From: an uncultured Chloroflexia bacterium
GTDB lineage: Bacteria > Chloroflexota > Anaerolineae > B4-G1 > SLSP01
Direction of reading: 5' to 3'
DNA: 64,000 nt
Assembly: GCA_963751345.1 (NCBI GenBank)
Contig: CAVVUS010000024.1
Coordinates: 1 to 64,000, forward strand
Both the position numbers and the translations under genes were made by a program. The notes under the pieces were generated by a model. The model was not told where the DNA came from. It ran no database searches and saw only the letters and a program-made list of their open reading frames with translations. This document shows positions 29,772 through 41,960 of this stretch, piece after piece (positions within the stretch are counted from its first letter, which is position 1; each line of letters begins with the position of its first letter).

Positions 29772-31303
29772 ATGAAGATCGCGCTCGCCCAGATCAACAC
29801 CACCGTCGGCGACCTCGCCGGCAACGTGGCGCGGTGTCTCGACGCCATCCACGAGGCCGGACGCCAGGGGGCCGACCTGGTGGTGCTGCCGGAGATGGCG
29901 ATCCCCGGCTACCCGCCGCGCGACATCCTGCTCGACACCAGCTTTGTCGACGCCGTGGGCGAGGCGACGCAGGACTTGGCCCGCCGCGCGGCGGGCGGCC
30001 CGCCGGCCCTGGTCGGCACCGTCGTGCCCAGCGGCGCGACGACGGTCAAGCATCCCGGCCTCTACAACGCCGCCGTGCTTCTCCGGGACGGCGAGGCCAC
30101 GATGGCAGCCGCCAAGCGCCTGCTCCCGGCCTACGACGTCTTCCTCGAACCGCGCTGGTTCGTGCCCGGTCCGCCATCGGCGCCGGTGACGATTGCGGGC
30201 CGGCGCGTGGGCGTCCTGATCTGCGAGGACATGTGGGACGAGAGCTACCCGGTCCACCCGCCCGCCGATCTGCTGGCGGCGGGCGCGGACGTGCTCGTAG
30301 CGCTCGCCGCCGTGCCCTACCGGCAGGGATCATGGACGAACGCCTCAACCACGCGCGGCGCCCCGGCTGCCCCCTGGTGCACGTCAACCTCTGCGGCGCG
30401 ACCGACGAGCTGATCTTCGACGGGCGCAGCTTCGCCGTCGATGCAGGTGGGGAGATCATCGCCCGACTTCCCGGCTTTGAGGAGGCGATCCGGGTCGTCG
30501 ATCTCGAAGCCGCCGTACCCCTCGCGCCGGAGGAGACCGACCTGCAGGAGGAGCGCTTCCGGGCGCTGACGCTGGGCATCCGCGACTTCGCGCGCAAGAA
30601 CGGCATCGCACGCGCCTTCCTGGGGCTCTCGGGCGGGGTCGACTCCGCCGTCGTCGCCGTCCTTGCCGCAGAGGCGCTGGGGCCTGCCAACGTCACCGCG
30701 GTCGCGATCCCCTCGCGCTACTCCGATCCGCGGTCCACCGAATGCGCGGAGGCGCTCGCGGGAGCGCTGGGCATCGGCTTCGAGGTCGTGCCGCTTGAGC
30801 CCCTGCACAGCGCTGCCGAATCCGCCCTCGGCCCGTGGCTGGACGGCACCGCCGCGGAGAACGTCCAGGCCCGGCTGCGGATGCTGATCCTGATGGCCCT
30901 CGTCAACCACCACGGCGGGATGCTGCTCAACACCAGCAACAAGACCGAGCTGGCGCTGGGCTATGGCACCCTCTACGGCGACCTGGCGGGTACGCTCTCG
31001 CCCATCGGCGACCTCACCAAGCCGCAGGTCTACGACCTCGCGCGCTGGATCCAGGCGACGCGCGGCGGCATCCTCCCCGACTTCGTATTGAGCCGCCCCC
31101 CCTCGGCCGAACTCAAGCCCGACCAGGTCGATCCCTTCGACTATCCCACCGTCGCGCCCGCGCTGGAGCGCCTCGTCCGCGCCAACCGCAGCAACGCCGC
31201 CCTCCGCCGCTCCGAGCACAAGCGCTGGCACCACGGCATCATCCTCAAGGTCAGCGAGAAAGCCTTCGGCACCGGCCGCCTCATCCCCGTCACGCGGCGG
31301 TAG
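29772..31303 (+). CDS. nadE: Glutamine-dependent NAD+ synthetase, frameshift ~30325
   Basis: KIALAQIN, LPEM, KRLLP, ICEDMW (glutaminase E-K-C); GLSGGVDS, ENVQARLR, TSNKTE, GYGTLYGD, PSAEL. Confidence 0.92.
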
Positions 31304-31355
31304 AAGAGAACGCGCCACCCGACAGCACCACAGGCAGAAACCGCGCCTCTCTGTT

Positions 31356-31381
31356 GTAGAGACGGGCCGGTGGCCCGTCTT
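31356..31381. repeat. GTAG-type REP-like hairpin GTAGAGACGGGCCGGTGGCCCGTCT
   Basis: AGACGGGCC/GGCCCGTCT stem preceded by GTAG; a degenerate copy lies near 6786..6812. Confidence 0.65.
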
Positions 31382-31470
31382 CTGCGGCGCGACCACCTGG
31401 CAGATGGCGCAGCCCTTGATATATCTGCACCCCAAATTGGGACGTGCTATACTTCCTTCCGGGGTGACAC

Positions 31471-32312
<842 letters not shown>

Positions 32313-32379
32313 GCCGTTGCCCGGCATCTGCTATAATGGGATTGAGAATACGTTCGAAAAGCCGAAGCAGGCGATCCAC

Positions 32380-32948
32380 ATGACGACGCAGAGCGAGCGA
32401 ATCGCACAGCGGCAGGCACGCGCCAGGCAGATCGTGGCACGGATACGTGAGATTCTCCCGGCTGCACTCAAAGCACATCCCGTGGCCGCCGCCTACGTCT
32501 ACGGCTCCGTGGCACGCGGCACGCCCCTCCCGACGAGCGATCTCGATATCGCCCTGATCGCCCAGTCGCTGACCCTATCGCCATACGGGCAACTGACGCT
32601 GGAGATCAAAATCCAGGCGGACATCGAGGATGCCGCACGTACAGACATGGAAGTCGCCCGTGCAGATACGGGAGACGCATCCGTAGAGGCGACCGATGTT
32701 GACATACGGATAGGGAAGAGCGGATCTCCCTTCCCTCGGTCGATGTCCGAATCATCAACGGTGCGCCACTGCTGGTGCAGGGGCGCATCCTCCAGGAGGG
32801 CATATTGGTCTACGAGGGCGACCACCAAACACGAGTGAACTTCGAGGTAGCCACCCTGGGACGCTACTTCGACTATGCCCCTATTGCCAGGCGGCTTCAG
32901 CAGACCCTGCTGGATCACGTCCGCCGGGAGGGAATATTCCATGGTTGA
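32380..32948 (+). CDS. Minimal nucleotidyltransferase antitoxin (MntA-like), frameshift ~32735
   Basis: YVYGSVARG...SDLDIA (GS-x10-DxD); VDVRIINGAPL...ILQEGILVY in second frame; extended -10 TGCTATAAT upstream. Confidence 0.85.
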
Positions 32949-33383
32949 CCCAGCGCTCGTGTCCTCACGCATCAACCAACTCCGGGACTATCTGTCAAAG
33001 CTGCGCGTCCTGGCAGGTCTCAGTCCCGAAGACTTCGGCACGGACTTCAAGAACATCGAAAGCGCCAAGCACCTCTTACAGGTAGCGATTGCGTGCTGCC
33101 TCGATCTTGCGCAGCACATCATCGCGGATGCCGGCTTTCGCACCCCGAACGATTACTATGATGCGTTTGTGATCCTGTCGGAACACGATATCGTTCCGGT
33201 CGGCTTTCTACCGACGCTCAGGCAGATGGTCAGCTTTCGCAATCGCGTGGTCCACCTCTACTGGGAAGTCGACAGTGCGATGGTCTACCAGATCCTTCAG
33301 GAGAACCTGGTAGACTTCGACACCTACGTCGGCTACGTCCTGGACTACACCGAGGGAACCACAGGCAATCACCATCCGGCTGA
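32941..33383 (+). CDS. HEPN/DUF86 RNase toxin (HepT-like); 3' end approximate
   Basis: LQVAIACCLDLAQHII, FRNRVVHLY (R-x4-H-x-Y); overlaps the MNT stop. Confidence 0.85.
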
Positions 33384-33404
33384 CCGCCGATGGCTGACCG
33401 CTCC

Positions 33405-34183
33405 CTACTTCCCCATCGCCCGCAGCGCCTGCAGGCTCCGCGCCGAGACGTCGAAGCCGAAACCGTCCTCGTTGCCTTCCTCGACAACGTACCAGACCGG
33501 GTCGTGGAGCGTCTCGATAACGTCCCAGATCGTGTCCCAATCGGCCTCGCCCTCGCCGATAACCGTGCCCGGCCCGCCGCCGTAGTCCTTCAGGTGAATC
33601 GCCGCGCTCGGCCGGGGAATTTCCGCAGCATCGCGATAGGGTCGCCATCGCCCACGGCGCAGTTGCCGATGTCCATCTGCATCACGACGTCGTCGACCGT
33701 GTGGCTGAAGAGGATCTCCCAGGCCGTCTCGTCGCCGTGATAGACAAAGTCGAAGGGATGCGCGTGATAGCCGGTCCACATCCCCAGGGGCTTGAGCGTC
33801 TCCGCGGCGCGGTTGAGGATGTCGGCCAGTTCCAGCGTCGTGTCGAAGGTGCTCATCCGCTGCCTGTCCGCCGCGACGATCACGAAGTTGTTGCCCAGGA
33901 TCTGATTCAGCTCGATGGTGCGCTTCAGGTTGTCGCCCAGCAGCGCGCCCGTCGCCAGGTGCATACCGCAACAGGCCAGCCCGGCGTCGTCGAACATCGC
34001 GCGCATCTCCGTGGGCTGGTGCCCCATCCACGCGAGTTCGTCACCGGGATAGCCCCACGGCTCGGCGCCCTCGTATCCGATCTCCGCCACCGACCTGAGT
34101 GCGGCGGCGAGATCCTTCTGCACCTCGCTGCGCACTGAGTAAAGCTGCAATCCAACCGGCACCCGCTTTGCGCTCTCCGTCAT
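33405..34183 (-). CDS. Sugar phosphate isomerase/epimerase (TIM barrel), frameshift ~33600
   Basis: GLQLYSVR, GYHAH, QMDIGN, IHLKD, YVVEE. Confidence 0.85.
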
Positions 34184-34204
34184 CGTCACTTTCCTCCTGA
34201 TCAA

Positions 34205-34816
34205 CTAATGCGGTTAAAACTACTTACCAGATCGAAAATCCTCGACAGGCTTCCCGGGCTCAACCTTGAACGTCGCGAACGTGCACAGCAGACGGCCACG
34301 AAGGTACCTGTGCGTGGATGCCGACCTTCACCGTCTCAGGCATCGCCATCCCGAAGGTCCGCACGAATCGCCACGTCTGCCCGTCCAGGCTGTAATGCAT
34401 CCCAAAGACGTCGCCCTTGCGCGTGCCCCAGGTAGCACTCGGTGTCGGCACCAATTCGTTGTTGGCGTCGTCCGACCAGGTGTTGGTCACGACGGAGACC
34501 GCCGCGACGTCGCCGATCGGGCTTCGCTCTAGGCAGAGCTTGGCCCACTGAGTCGCGCCGGCGCGCACGGTGAGCGTCGCGGCATCGCCGAAACCGACGA
34601 GGTGCGCCCGGGCCTGCGTCACGGCCGTGAAGTCGCCGGTCACCTCGGTGTAGAGCAGGCAGGCGTTGTCGTTGGGCATGCCCATATAGGAGGAAGAAAT
34701 CGGTCTTGGCCTCGGGGACGATCTCAAGGCCGTCGTGTTGAAGCGCCACTCGGCCGGTTTCGAGCCATGTCAGGCCATCCGCCAGGTTGGCCCTCGCATC
34801 CCTTGAACAGATCCAC
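34205..34816 (-). CDS. DUF1349-domain protein, heavily frameshifted; ends approximate
   Basis: AKTDFF, GDFTA, WAKLCLE, SVVTNTWSDDAN, YSLDGQTWRFVR. Confidence 0.65.
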
Positions 34817-34957
34817 GGTATCACCTCCCTTATGTAATCTAGCCCCGAGTGTACATCACGAATTGAAACTGTCAGGAACTGGACGCGGATCCGAAACGGA
34901 GTAGGCTGAGGGGCACACAAACATCGGTACTTCGACCTAATTGGAGGTGAAAAGGCG

Positions 34958-35871
34958 ATGGCATCCTTCATCAGAGTCGGTAAAACGGGCCGGCCCTTAC
35001 ACGTCTCACTGCCCCACCTTCACCCGTCTTCTGAACGACGAGCATGACAGCTACCACGTTCCGGGTGCCAACGTGCAGCGGGCGCCTTTCCCGTGGGATT
35101 GACCGCGTTCTCTCTCAGCTACAGCCGCGTGCAGGGCTTCACCGGGCAACTCAGGGATGAGTTCGGCGTCACGATGTACGATAGCATCCCCGACTTGGCG
35201 CAGGATGTCGAGACCATCCTGCTGGAGAGCTCCGATGGGCGACAACACCTGGAGCAGTTCGCTCAGGCCGCCGTGGGAAGTCCCGCTCTTTCTCGACAAA
35301 CCGCTGGACATCACCACCGACGACGCCCGCAAGATCATCGAACTCGCCAATGAGACGAGCACTCCCATTATGTCGGCTTCGTCACTCCGATATGCAGCGG
35401 GCATCGCCGAGCTGACGACTGGGGGCGGATCACGTCCTATCGTGCGAGGCCTTCGGACCGGCTCCCCTCCTCGACGACTTCCCCGGCCTCTTCTGGTATG
35501 GGGTCCACAGTGCCGAGGTGTTGGTCTCCAAGATGGGGCCTGGCTGCCGGAAAGTCCGCTGCATCGAGTATCCTGACACCGACCTGGTCGTCGGCGAGTG
35601 GGATGACGGACGCATCGGCATACTGCGTGGCACCCGCCAGGGCGCGTACGCCTTCGGTTGCATCATCCACACCGAGGACGCGACCCGTTGTGGGATCGCG
35701 CAAAGCACGCCGCCCTACTATGCCGCGATGTTACAGGAGATCATCCCGTTCCTGCAGACCGGCATCTCGCCCATCGACGTCCGGGAGACCTGGGACGTCA
35801 TCGCCTTTCTGGAGGCCGCCGAGAAGAGCCGGACCCGGAACGGCGAGGTGGTCGAGCTCGTGGTACTCTGA
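34958..35871 (+). CDS. Gfo/Idh/MocA-like oxidoreductase, heavily frameshifted
   Basis: RBS GGAGGTG; LLESSDGRQHLEQ, FLDKPL, SASSLRY, FWYGVHSAE. Confidence 0.75.
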
Positions 35872-37108
35872 ACCGGGGCGGGTTGGGGCGAGGCCCATCA
35901 GGGCCTGAAAGTCTGTGCCCGTCGGCTGCTGGAAGACCCGCAGCCCAAACGCCGGCGCTGCCGCGACGAGGTGTTCGAAGATCTCCGCCTGGATGGCCTC
36001 GTAGGCCTCCCACGCCGTCGTCCTGAGTAAAGGCATAGACCTCGAGAGGCAGGCCGGTGGGGCCCGGATCAAGCTGCCGCACCAGGAGTGTCATGCCCTC
36101 GTGATGCAAGTCCTCGCGGCTCTCCAGATATGCGGTCACATAGGCGCGAAAGACGCCGACGTTGGTAAGTTCGTGCTCCGCACAGACGTCACGGTTACAG
36201 GCCTCATCCCTTCCATCGCCCGAGGGCATACCGGCGAGCCGCCGCGCCATATAATCCTGGACCAAGCCGATCCTGCTGAACCGCTCGACCATCGCGGTGT
36301 CGCAGAATGCCACGGTGTTGAGATCGACGTAGAGCGCACGCTTGATCCGCCGCCCGCCGCTCTCGGTCATTCCACGCCAGTTGCGATAGGGCGTGTCCAG
36401 CAGCTTGTAGGTCGGCACGACCGTGATGGTATTGTCCCAGTTGCGCACCTTCACCGTGTGCAGGGCAACGTTGTCCACGACGCCGTCCGCCTCGTAGGCC
36501 GGCATCTCGATCCAGTCGCCCTCGCGCACAAGATCGTTGGACTGAATCTGCAGACTGGCGACGAAGGAGAGCAGCGAATCATGAAAGATCAGGACCAGGA
36601 CCGCCATAATGGCTCCCAACCCACTCAACAGGACCACCGGCGACTTCCCCATGATCTGTGATGCAGTCAGGATGACGCCAACGACGATCGTCAGCATCTT
36701 GCCCAGGTCGAGATAGCTCTGGATGGAAACCCCGCGATATGAGGCGCCGCCCTCGTAGATGACATTGACGGCGCTGAATAGGCCGATCATGGTCACTACG
36801 ACGAGCCATAGGATACCGATGAGCATCAGGGGCTGGAGCGTCTCCGTCCAGTTCGGTGCCCACGCGGCAAGGTAATAGGTAAGCAACAGCGGTGCCAGCC
36901 ACGCGAGGCGGTAGGGCCGCATGCATCGGACGAGGATATCGTCGACCTTGGTCTTCGACCTCTCCGCCAGATAGATGAGACCCCGCGCAATGAAGTTGCG
37001 CACGACCAGAAAGATGGCGGCGTCGAGCACCAGGATGGCAGCCAACACGACCCACGGTGCAAGGGCGGGGTTTGCCTCGAACCACGTCCGGATACTCTCG
37101 ATAGTCAT
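35870..37108 (-). CDS. Mechanosensitive channel MscS family (YbdG/MscM-like), 3' frameshift; 3' end approximate
   Basis: GDWIEMP, TVKVRNWDNTI, NWRGMTESGGRRIKR, TNVGVFRAY, LLVRQL...GLPLEVYAF, GLRVFQQP. Confidence 0.9.
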
Positions 37109-37137
37109 CGCCCCTCCTGGTGTAGTGTCGAATTCGA

Positions 37138-38286
37138 TCACTGGTCGGCTTGCGGGCCCTTGACGTACTCGTCAAAGAGGTCTCACGGATCGCTGTGCCG
37201 CGACACCGAAGTTGTTGGAGATGTTGTGGTTGTTCTCCAGGATACGTGAAAAGCTCCGAGACCTGCCCGGTGTCCTGGGAGTCAGGTATTCAGGATCTCT
37301 GATAGTCTCCAGTGGGACCGACGCTCTTCTGCTGTGCCGTGGTGAATCTGCACCGGGCCCGAGATCTGATCAAGGTAGGAGAAAGGATCGATCGCATCCC
37401 AGAAGGCGCGGTTCGCGTCGACCCGGTCGAGGCGATAGAGTTCGTCGTTCAGATCCACAGCCGTGGCATCCGGATTGGGCGTCGGCGTGGGCCGGTCCGC
37501 CCACCGTGCCGCTGACAGTTGAATGATCATCGGAGAGGGCGCCGTCACGCCCGCCCAGATCACACCGGCCTTGATCGTGTCGGTCACGACCATCGCGCGC
37601 AGCGTGATCGACCCGCCCATCGAGTGTCCCCACATTCCCACGCGATTGGGATCGGCCTCGGGTAGAGCCATCACCGACGCCATCCCGTTGAGCACGTCGA
37701 CCGTATAGGCAGGAGAGAAGAAAGAATTGGTGGGCTCCCCCTCCGAGAAGCCGTGCCCGCGGTAGTCCGACTTGAAGACGATGTAACCGTTGCGGGAGAA
37801 GGCGTCGGTATAGGCGATGTAGCGCTCCGTCGTGCGGTAGATCGAGGGCGTGATGTGGCCGTGGGTCAGATGATCACGGGCACCCCGTCTCGGGTGGGTC
37901 GCCCGTGGTATCGTCAGGAGCGAGTAGATCTTGAGCCCTTCCGACAAATAGGAGACGATGTAACGATCGTAGTTCACACCGGGCGCCAAGGCCTCCTCGA
38001 AGACGATATCACTGCCGGGATATGACTGCTGGCGCATCACCTCGACCATCAGCGGATGGGTTGGCGTGGGTGTTGGGGTTGGCGTCGCCGTATTCGTGGG
38101 CGTCGGCGTGAGCGTCGCGGTAGGTGTCGCGGTCGGGCTGGGTGTCGGAGTGGACGTCGGCGTCGCGGTTGGGGAAGGAGCAGTTGTATGGGTTGGCGGG
38201 ACCAGGGATGGCGTCGGCTGGGCGGTACAGCCCAGAATGAGGAACGCGAACACCAAGGCCACCAACGGCTGGAAAGCCCGCCGCAC
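37138..38286 (-). CDS. Lipoprotein alpha/beta hydrolase (S9 peptidase-like) with Pro/Thr linker, C-terminal frameshifts
   Basis: Lipobox LGC, PTATPT repeats, DYRGHG, WGHSMGG, QIHHGTA. Confidence 0.82.
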
Positions 38287-38460
38287 GGGCTTGAAACCCT
38301 ACCCCCTGTGCTCAACCATAAACTCTCCTCGAACGTAGCACCCAACATGAACCACCGGATTACACTATATTCGTCTATAATATCCGAATACCGCGAGGAA
38401 CGCAACGTGTTCTACTCGGTCGCACGTCCGCTGCCATTCATTATAGAAAGGATTCTGACG

Positions 38461-39833
38461 ATGGAACCAATCGGTGGTCGTCGCGCGAGATCACCCCGCA
38501 GCGCCCGGCACTGCTCCAGGGCCAGATGTATGTCCGGATCGGACGCGACGCTGCCGATCCTCTGATGGCAACGGCACTCGCGCCGGATGGCGGAAGCCCG
38601 ACGGGGCGCGCGATCCTCGTCTCGTGCGACCTCACAAGCATCACCGAGGAGCTTCAAAGCGCAGTGCGCGACCGCGTCTGCGCGCGTGTGCCCGAACTAC
38701 CCGGGGAAGCCCTCATCGTAGTTGGCACGCACACGCACGATGCCCCCGTAATCAGGGATGGCTTCTACCCCCATCCGGGCGACGACGCGATGACAGCCGG
38801 GGAAGCAATGAACTGGGTCGCCGAACGGTCAGCCGACGCTGCGGTAGAAGCCTGGGAAAAGACGTGTGCCACGGCTCTTGGGTCGGGATTCGGCCACGCG
38901 GTCGTCGGGCACAACCGGCGTGCGGTCTACGCCGACGGGATGGCGGCGATGTACGGTACCACAGACCGGCCGGACTTCAGCCACATCGAGGGCTACGAGG
39001 ACCACAGTCTGGACATGCTGTTCGTTTGGGAGCTCGACGGGCGCCTGACGGGCGTAGTGCTGGATATTCCGTGTCCGTCGCAGGTCGAGGAGCACCTGCT
39101 GCAGTTCTCGGCGGACTACTGGCACGACGTTCGTGTCGAATTGCGGCAACGGTTTGGGCAAGGCCTCCAGGTCCTGCCCCTCTGCGGCGCCGCGGGCGAC
39201 CAATCGCCCCATTTCCTTGTCTACGAGCGCCAGGAGCAGGAGATGCGCCGGCGACGGGGTCTCACCGAGCGACAGGAGATTGCTGCGCGGGTAGGAGACG
39301 CGGTGGCGCGTGCGTTGCTGTGCACGCCCCCACTGTCCGCAGAGATCACGCTCGCCCACGCCAGCCATCGCCTGACCCTCTCCCCTCGCGTGATAACACA
39401 ACAGGAACGGGATTGGGCAGCCCAGACACGCGTGGAAGCCATTCAGCGCGGGGACCGGCCCGATCTGTGGTGGCCACGACGGCTTCAGGATGTGGTGGAC
39501 CGCTTCGACCGTGAGGAGCCGATGCCGCCCTTCGAGGGCGAGATCCACGCGTTGCGCCTCGGCGACGCCGTCCTCGCCACCAACCCCTTCGAGCTCTACC
39601 TTGACTACGGCCTGAGGATCAAGGCGCGGAGTCCGGCAGCCCAGACGCTCGTCGTGCAGTTGGCTGGAGGGACCGGTCTGTACCTTCCGACAGCGCGTGC
39701 GGTCCGCGGCGGTCACTATGGAGCTCACCCCGCGGTCGCGCCCGTGGGACCCCAGGGCGGAAAAGAACTCGTTGAAGTAACCCTTGCACTGATCGACGAG
39801 CTATTCGATACCGAATCAGTGGAGCCGGCCTGA
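38461..39833 (+). CDS. Neutral/alkaline ceramidase-like hydrolase; N-terminus frameshifted
   Basis: REITP...DPLMATAL, VSCDL, THTHDAP, FSADYW, GAAGDQSP, TNPFELY. Confidence 0.75.
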
Positions 39834-39835
39834 CG

Positions 39836-40507
39836 ATGGTCCGCTCGCGTATCCTGACCGGCGTCGCAGGGCTAATCGTGGGTGCCCTCGTGTGGTTTGG
39901 GATCGCCGGCCGCCTCACGTGGTGGCAAGGCTGGGCGTTTCCGCTGGCTTTCACCGTCTACTCGGGTGTTCTAGCGTGGCGCCTGAGGAAGCTGAACCCC
40001 AATCTGGCGCAGGAGCGGGCACGACCAGCCGATGCAGCCGAAGGTTGGGATCGGGTCCTGATGCGCGTCTACACCGCCGTGGTGGTCGTCATGCTGATCG
40101 TCGCTGCGCTGGATGGTGGAAGATTCGCCTGGTCGGTGGTTCCCCTCGGCATCCAGGCGCTTGGCTGGGTTCTCGTGATCGTTACCGGCGCCATCGTCTG
40201 GCACGTGATGATGACCAACGCCTATCTCTCGAGCTGGGCACGCCTGCAGCAGGATCGCGGGCAGATCGTCATCCAGGATGGACTGTACAGCCACATCAGA
40301 CACCCTATGTACCTCGGGATCATTGTAGGATACATCAGCGTCCCGCTAGTGTTAGGGTCGTGGTGGGCCTTAATACCGAGCGCCGTGATCGTCGCGATGT
40401 TCATCTATCGGACGTGTCGCGAGGATCAGATGCTCATCGAGGGCCTGCAAGGGTACGCAGAGTACACGGAGAGGGTGCGGTATCGGCTGCTGCCCGGCAT
40501 ATGGTAG
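39836..40507 (+). CDS. Isoprenylcysteine carboxyl methyltransferase / PEMT-family membrane protein
   Basis: GLYSHIRHPMYLG, EDQML...GYAEY...RYRLLPGIW. Confidence 0.88.
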   Translation: MVRSRILTGVAGLIVGALVWFGIAGRLTWWQGWAFPLAFTVYSGVLAWRLRKLNPNLAQERARPADAAEGWDRVLMRVYTAVVVVMLIVAALDGGRFAWSVVPLGIQALGWVLVIVTGAIVWHVMMTNAYLSSWARLQQDRGQIVIQDGLYSHIRHPMYLGIIVGYISVPLVLGSWWALIPSAVIVAMFIYRTCREDQMLIEGLQGYAEYTERVRYRLLPGIW

Positions 40508-40570
40508 ATGCCAACAAGTAAGAGAGCTCCAGCGGCAGATTCGCCATACATCGTTCAGGAGGCTATCTAG

Positions 40571-41035
40571 ATGCCAGGTGAATGGACGCTTGATATCGAG
40601 GATATGTCGTGGGTGGAGAACACCACCGCAGAGGTGGATTTCGTCGTCGAAGCCCTCGACCTCCGCGGCGGCGAGCGCGTCCTCGACCTGGCGTGCGGCT
40701 TCGGGCGACACTCGCTCGAACTGGCCCGGCGCGGATATCCTGTCGTCGGTGTGGACTTCACCGAAGCCTACATTGCGCACGCCCGATCGGTCGCGCGAGA
40801 CGAGCGTCTCGATAACGCCGGGTTCCTCCTCGCCGACGTTCGCGACGTATCGTTCCAGGCCGAGTTCGACGTTGTCCTCAACATGGCCGACGGGGCCATC
40901 GGCTACTTCGACACCGACGAGGAGAATCTCAAGCTCTTCGACGTCATTCGGACCGCGCTGCAACCGGGCGGGAAGCACGTTATGGGTATCTGCAGAGCAC
41001 CTGATGCAGGTCGTCTGTTCACAAAAGGAGGGGCG
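40571..41035 (+). CDS. Class I SAM-dependent methyltransferase, apparently truncated and in frame with the next gene
   Basis: VLDLACGFGRH, VVGVD, GAIGY, LQPGGK; no stop before the VOC gene. Confidence 0.75.
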
Positions 41036-41404
41036 ATGAAACTCTCGGGCATCTGTCTCACGACGGAGAACGTCCTTGCGCTGACCGATTTCTATACCAT
41101 GGTGCTCGGCGTGGAGGCCGAGGGCGATGAGACGCATATGGAGCTGAGCACCCAGGGTACCGGTATGGCGCTCTTCACCGTCGAGGGGATGGAGCGTATG
41201 GCTCCAGGCTCGATGCAGGGCACCGGCAGTGGCAGGGTCACCCTCGCCTTTGAGGTCTCGGACGTCGATGCCGAGTACGAACGACTCAAGCAACTGGATG
41301 TCGAGTTCGTCATGTCGCCGACAACCCATCCCTGGGGAGCCAGATCTTTCTGGTTCCGGGATCCCGATGGCAACATCGTCGATTTCTTTGCCACCCTTAG
41401 GTGA
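41036..41404 (+). CDS. VOC/glyoxalase-family protein
   Basis: Own RBS AAGGAGG; DVDAEYERL, PWGARSFWFRDPDGNIV. Confidence 0.85.
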   Translation: MKLSGICLTTENVLALTDFYTMVLGVEAEGDETHMELSTQGTGMALFTVEGMERMAPGSMQGTGSGRVTLAFEVSDVDAEYERLKQLDVEFVMSPTTHPWGARSFWFRDPDGNIVDFFATLR

Positions 41405-41428
41405 GTGTAGTTCATGTCAGGGGGAACC

Positions 41429-41899
41429 ATGAGGATTTACTTGGTGCAACACGCGGAAGCGAAATTGGAGGAACAGGACCCGGATCGTTCGTTGACAGAC
41501 CTGGGCCGCCAACACGCGGAGTCGGTGGCGGCTGTGGCTGCAGCCTTGGATGTGAGAGTCACGCAGATTCGCCACAGTGGGAAGGCCCGCACCAGGCAGA
41601 CAGCAGAGATTATTGGCAAGATCGTTGCCCCACAAGAGGGCGTGGTTGCCGCCTCCGGCCTGGCGCCACTGGACAGCGTAGTCCCCATAGCAGAGGAGCT
41701 GGAGAGGGCTTCGCAGCCAGTCATGTTGGTTGGTCATCTGCCCTTCATGGGGCGACTGGCCGGCTACCTGTTGACCGGCGACGCAGATCAGGACGTCATC
41801 GACTTCACCAACGCTGGCATCGTGTGCCTGGAGAAGGTAGGTCAGCGCTGGCAGACAGTCTGGATCATTACGCCCGAGATCGCAGACGCCAAACGCTAG
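41429..41899 (+). CDS. sixA: Phosphohistidine phosphatase SixA
   Basis: YLVQHAEA, DRSLT, HSGKARTRQTAE, MLVGHLP. Confidence 0.85.
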   Translation: MRIYLVQHAEAKLEEQDPDRSLTDLGRQHAESVAAVAAALDVRVTQIRHSGKARTRQTAEIIGKIVAPQEGVVAASGLAPLDSVVPIAEELERASQPVMLVGHLPFMGRLAGYLLTGDADQDVIDFTNAGIVCLEKVGQRWQTVWIITPEIADAKR

Positions 41900-41960
41900 G
41901 ACCGATCAGAGACGGCACAAGAATTGGGCTAGGTTCTCACCTTGAAAGGATAGGCATACT

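Noticed and set aside
33383-33585. C-terminal extension of the HEPN ORF
   Set aside because: Overlaps the convergent isomerase gene; likely a missed stop caused by an indel.
38050-38230. Quasi-periodic repeat DNA
   Set aside because: Encodes an ordinary Pro/Thr lipoprotein linker.
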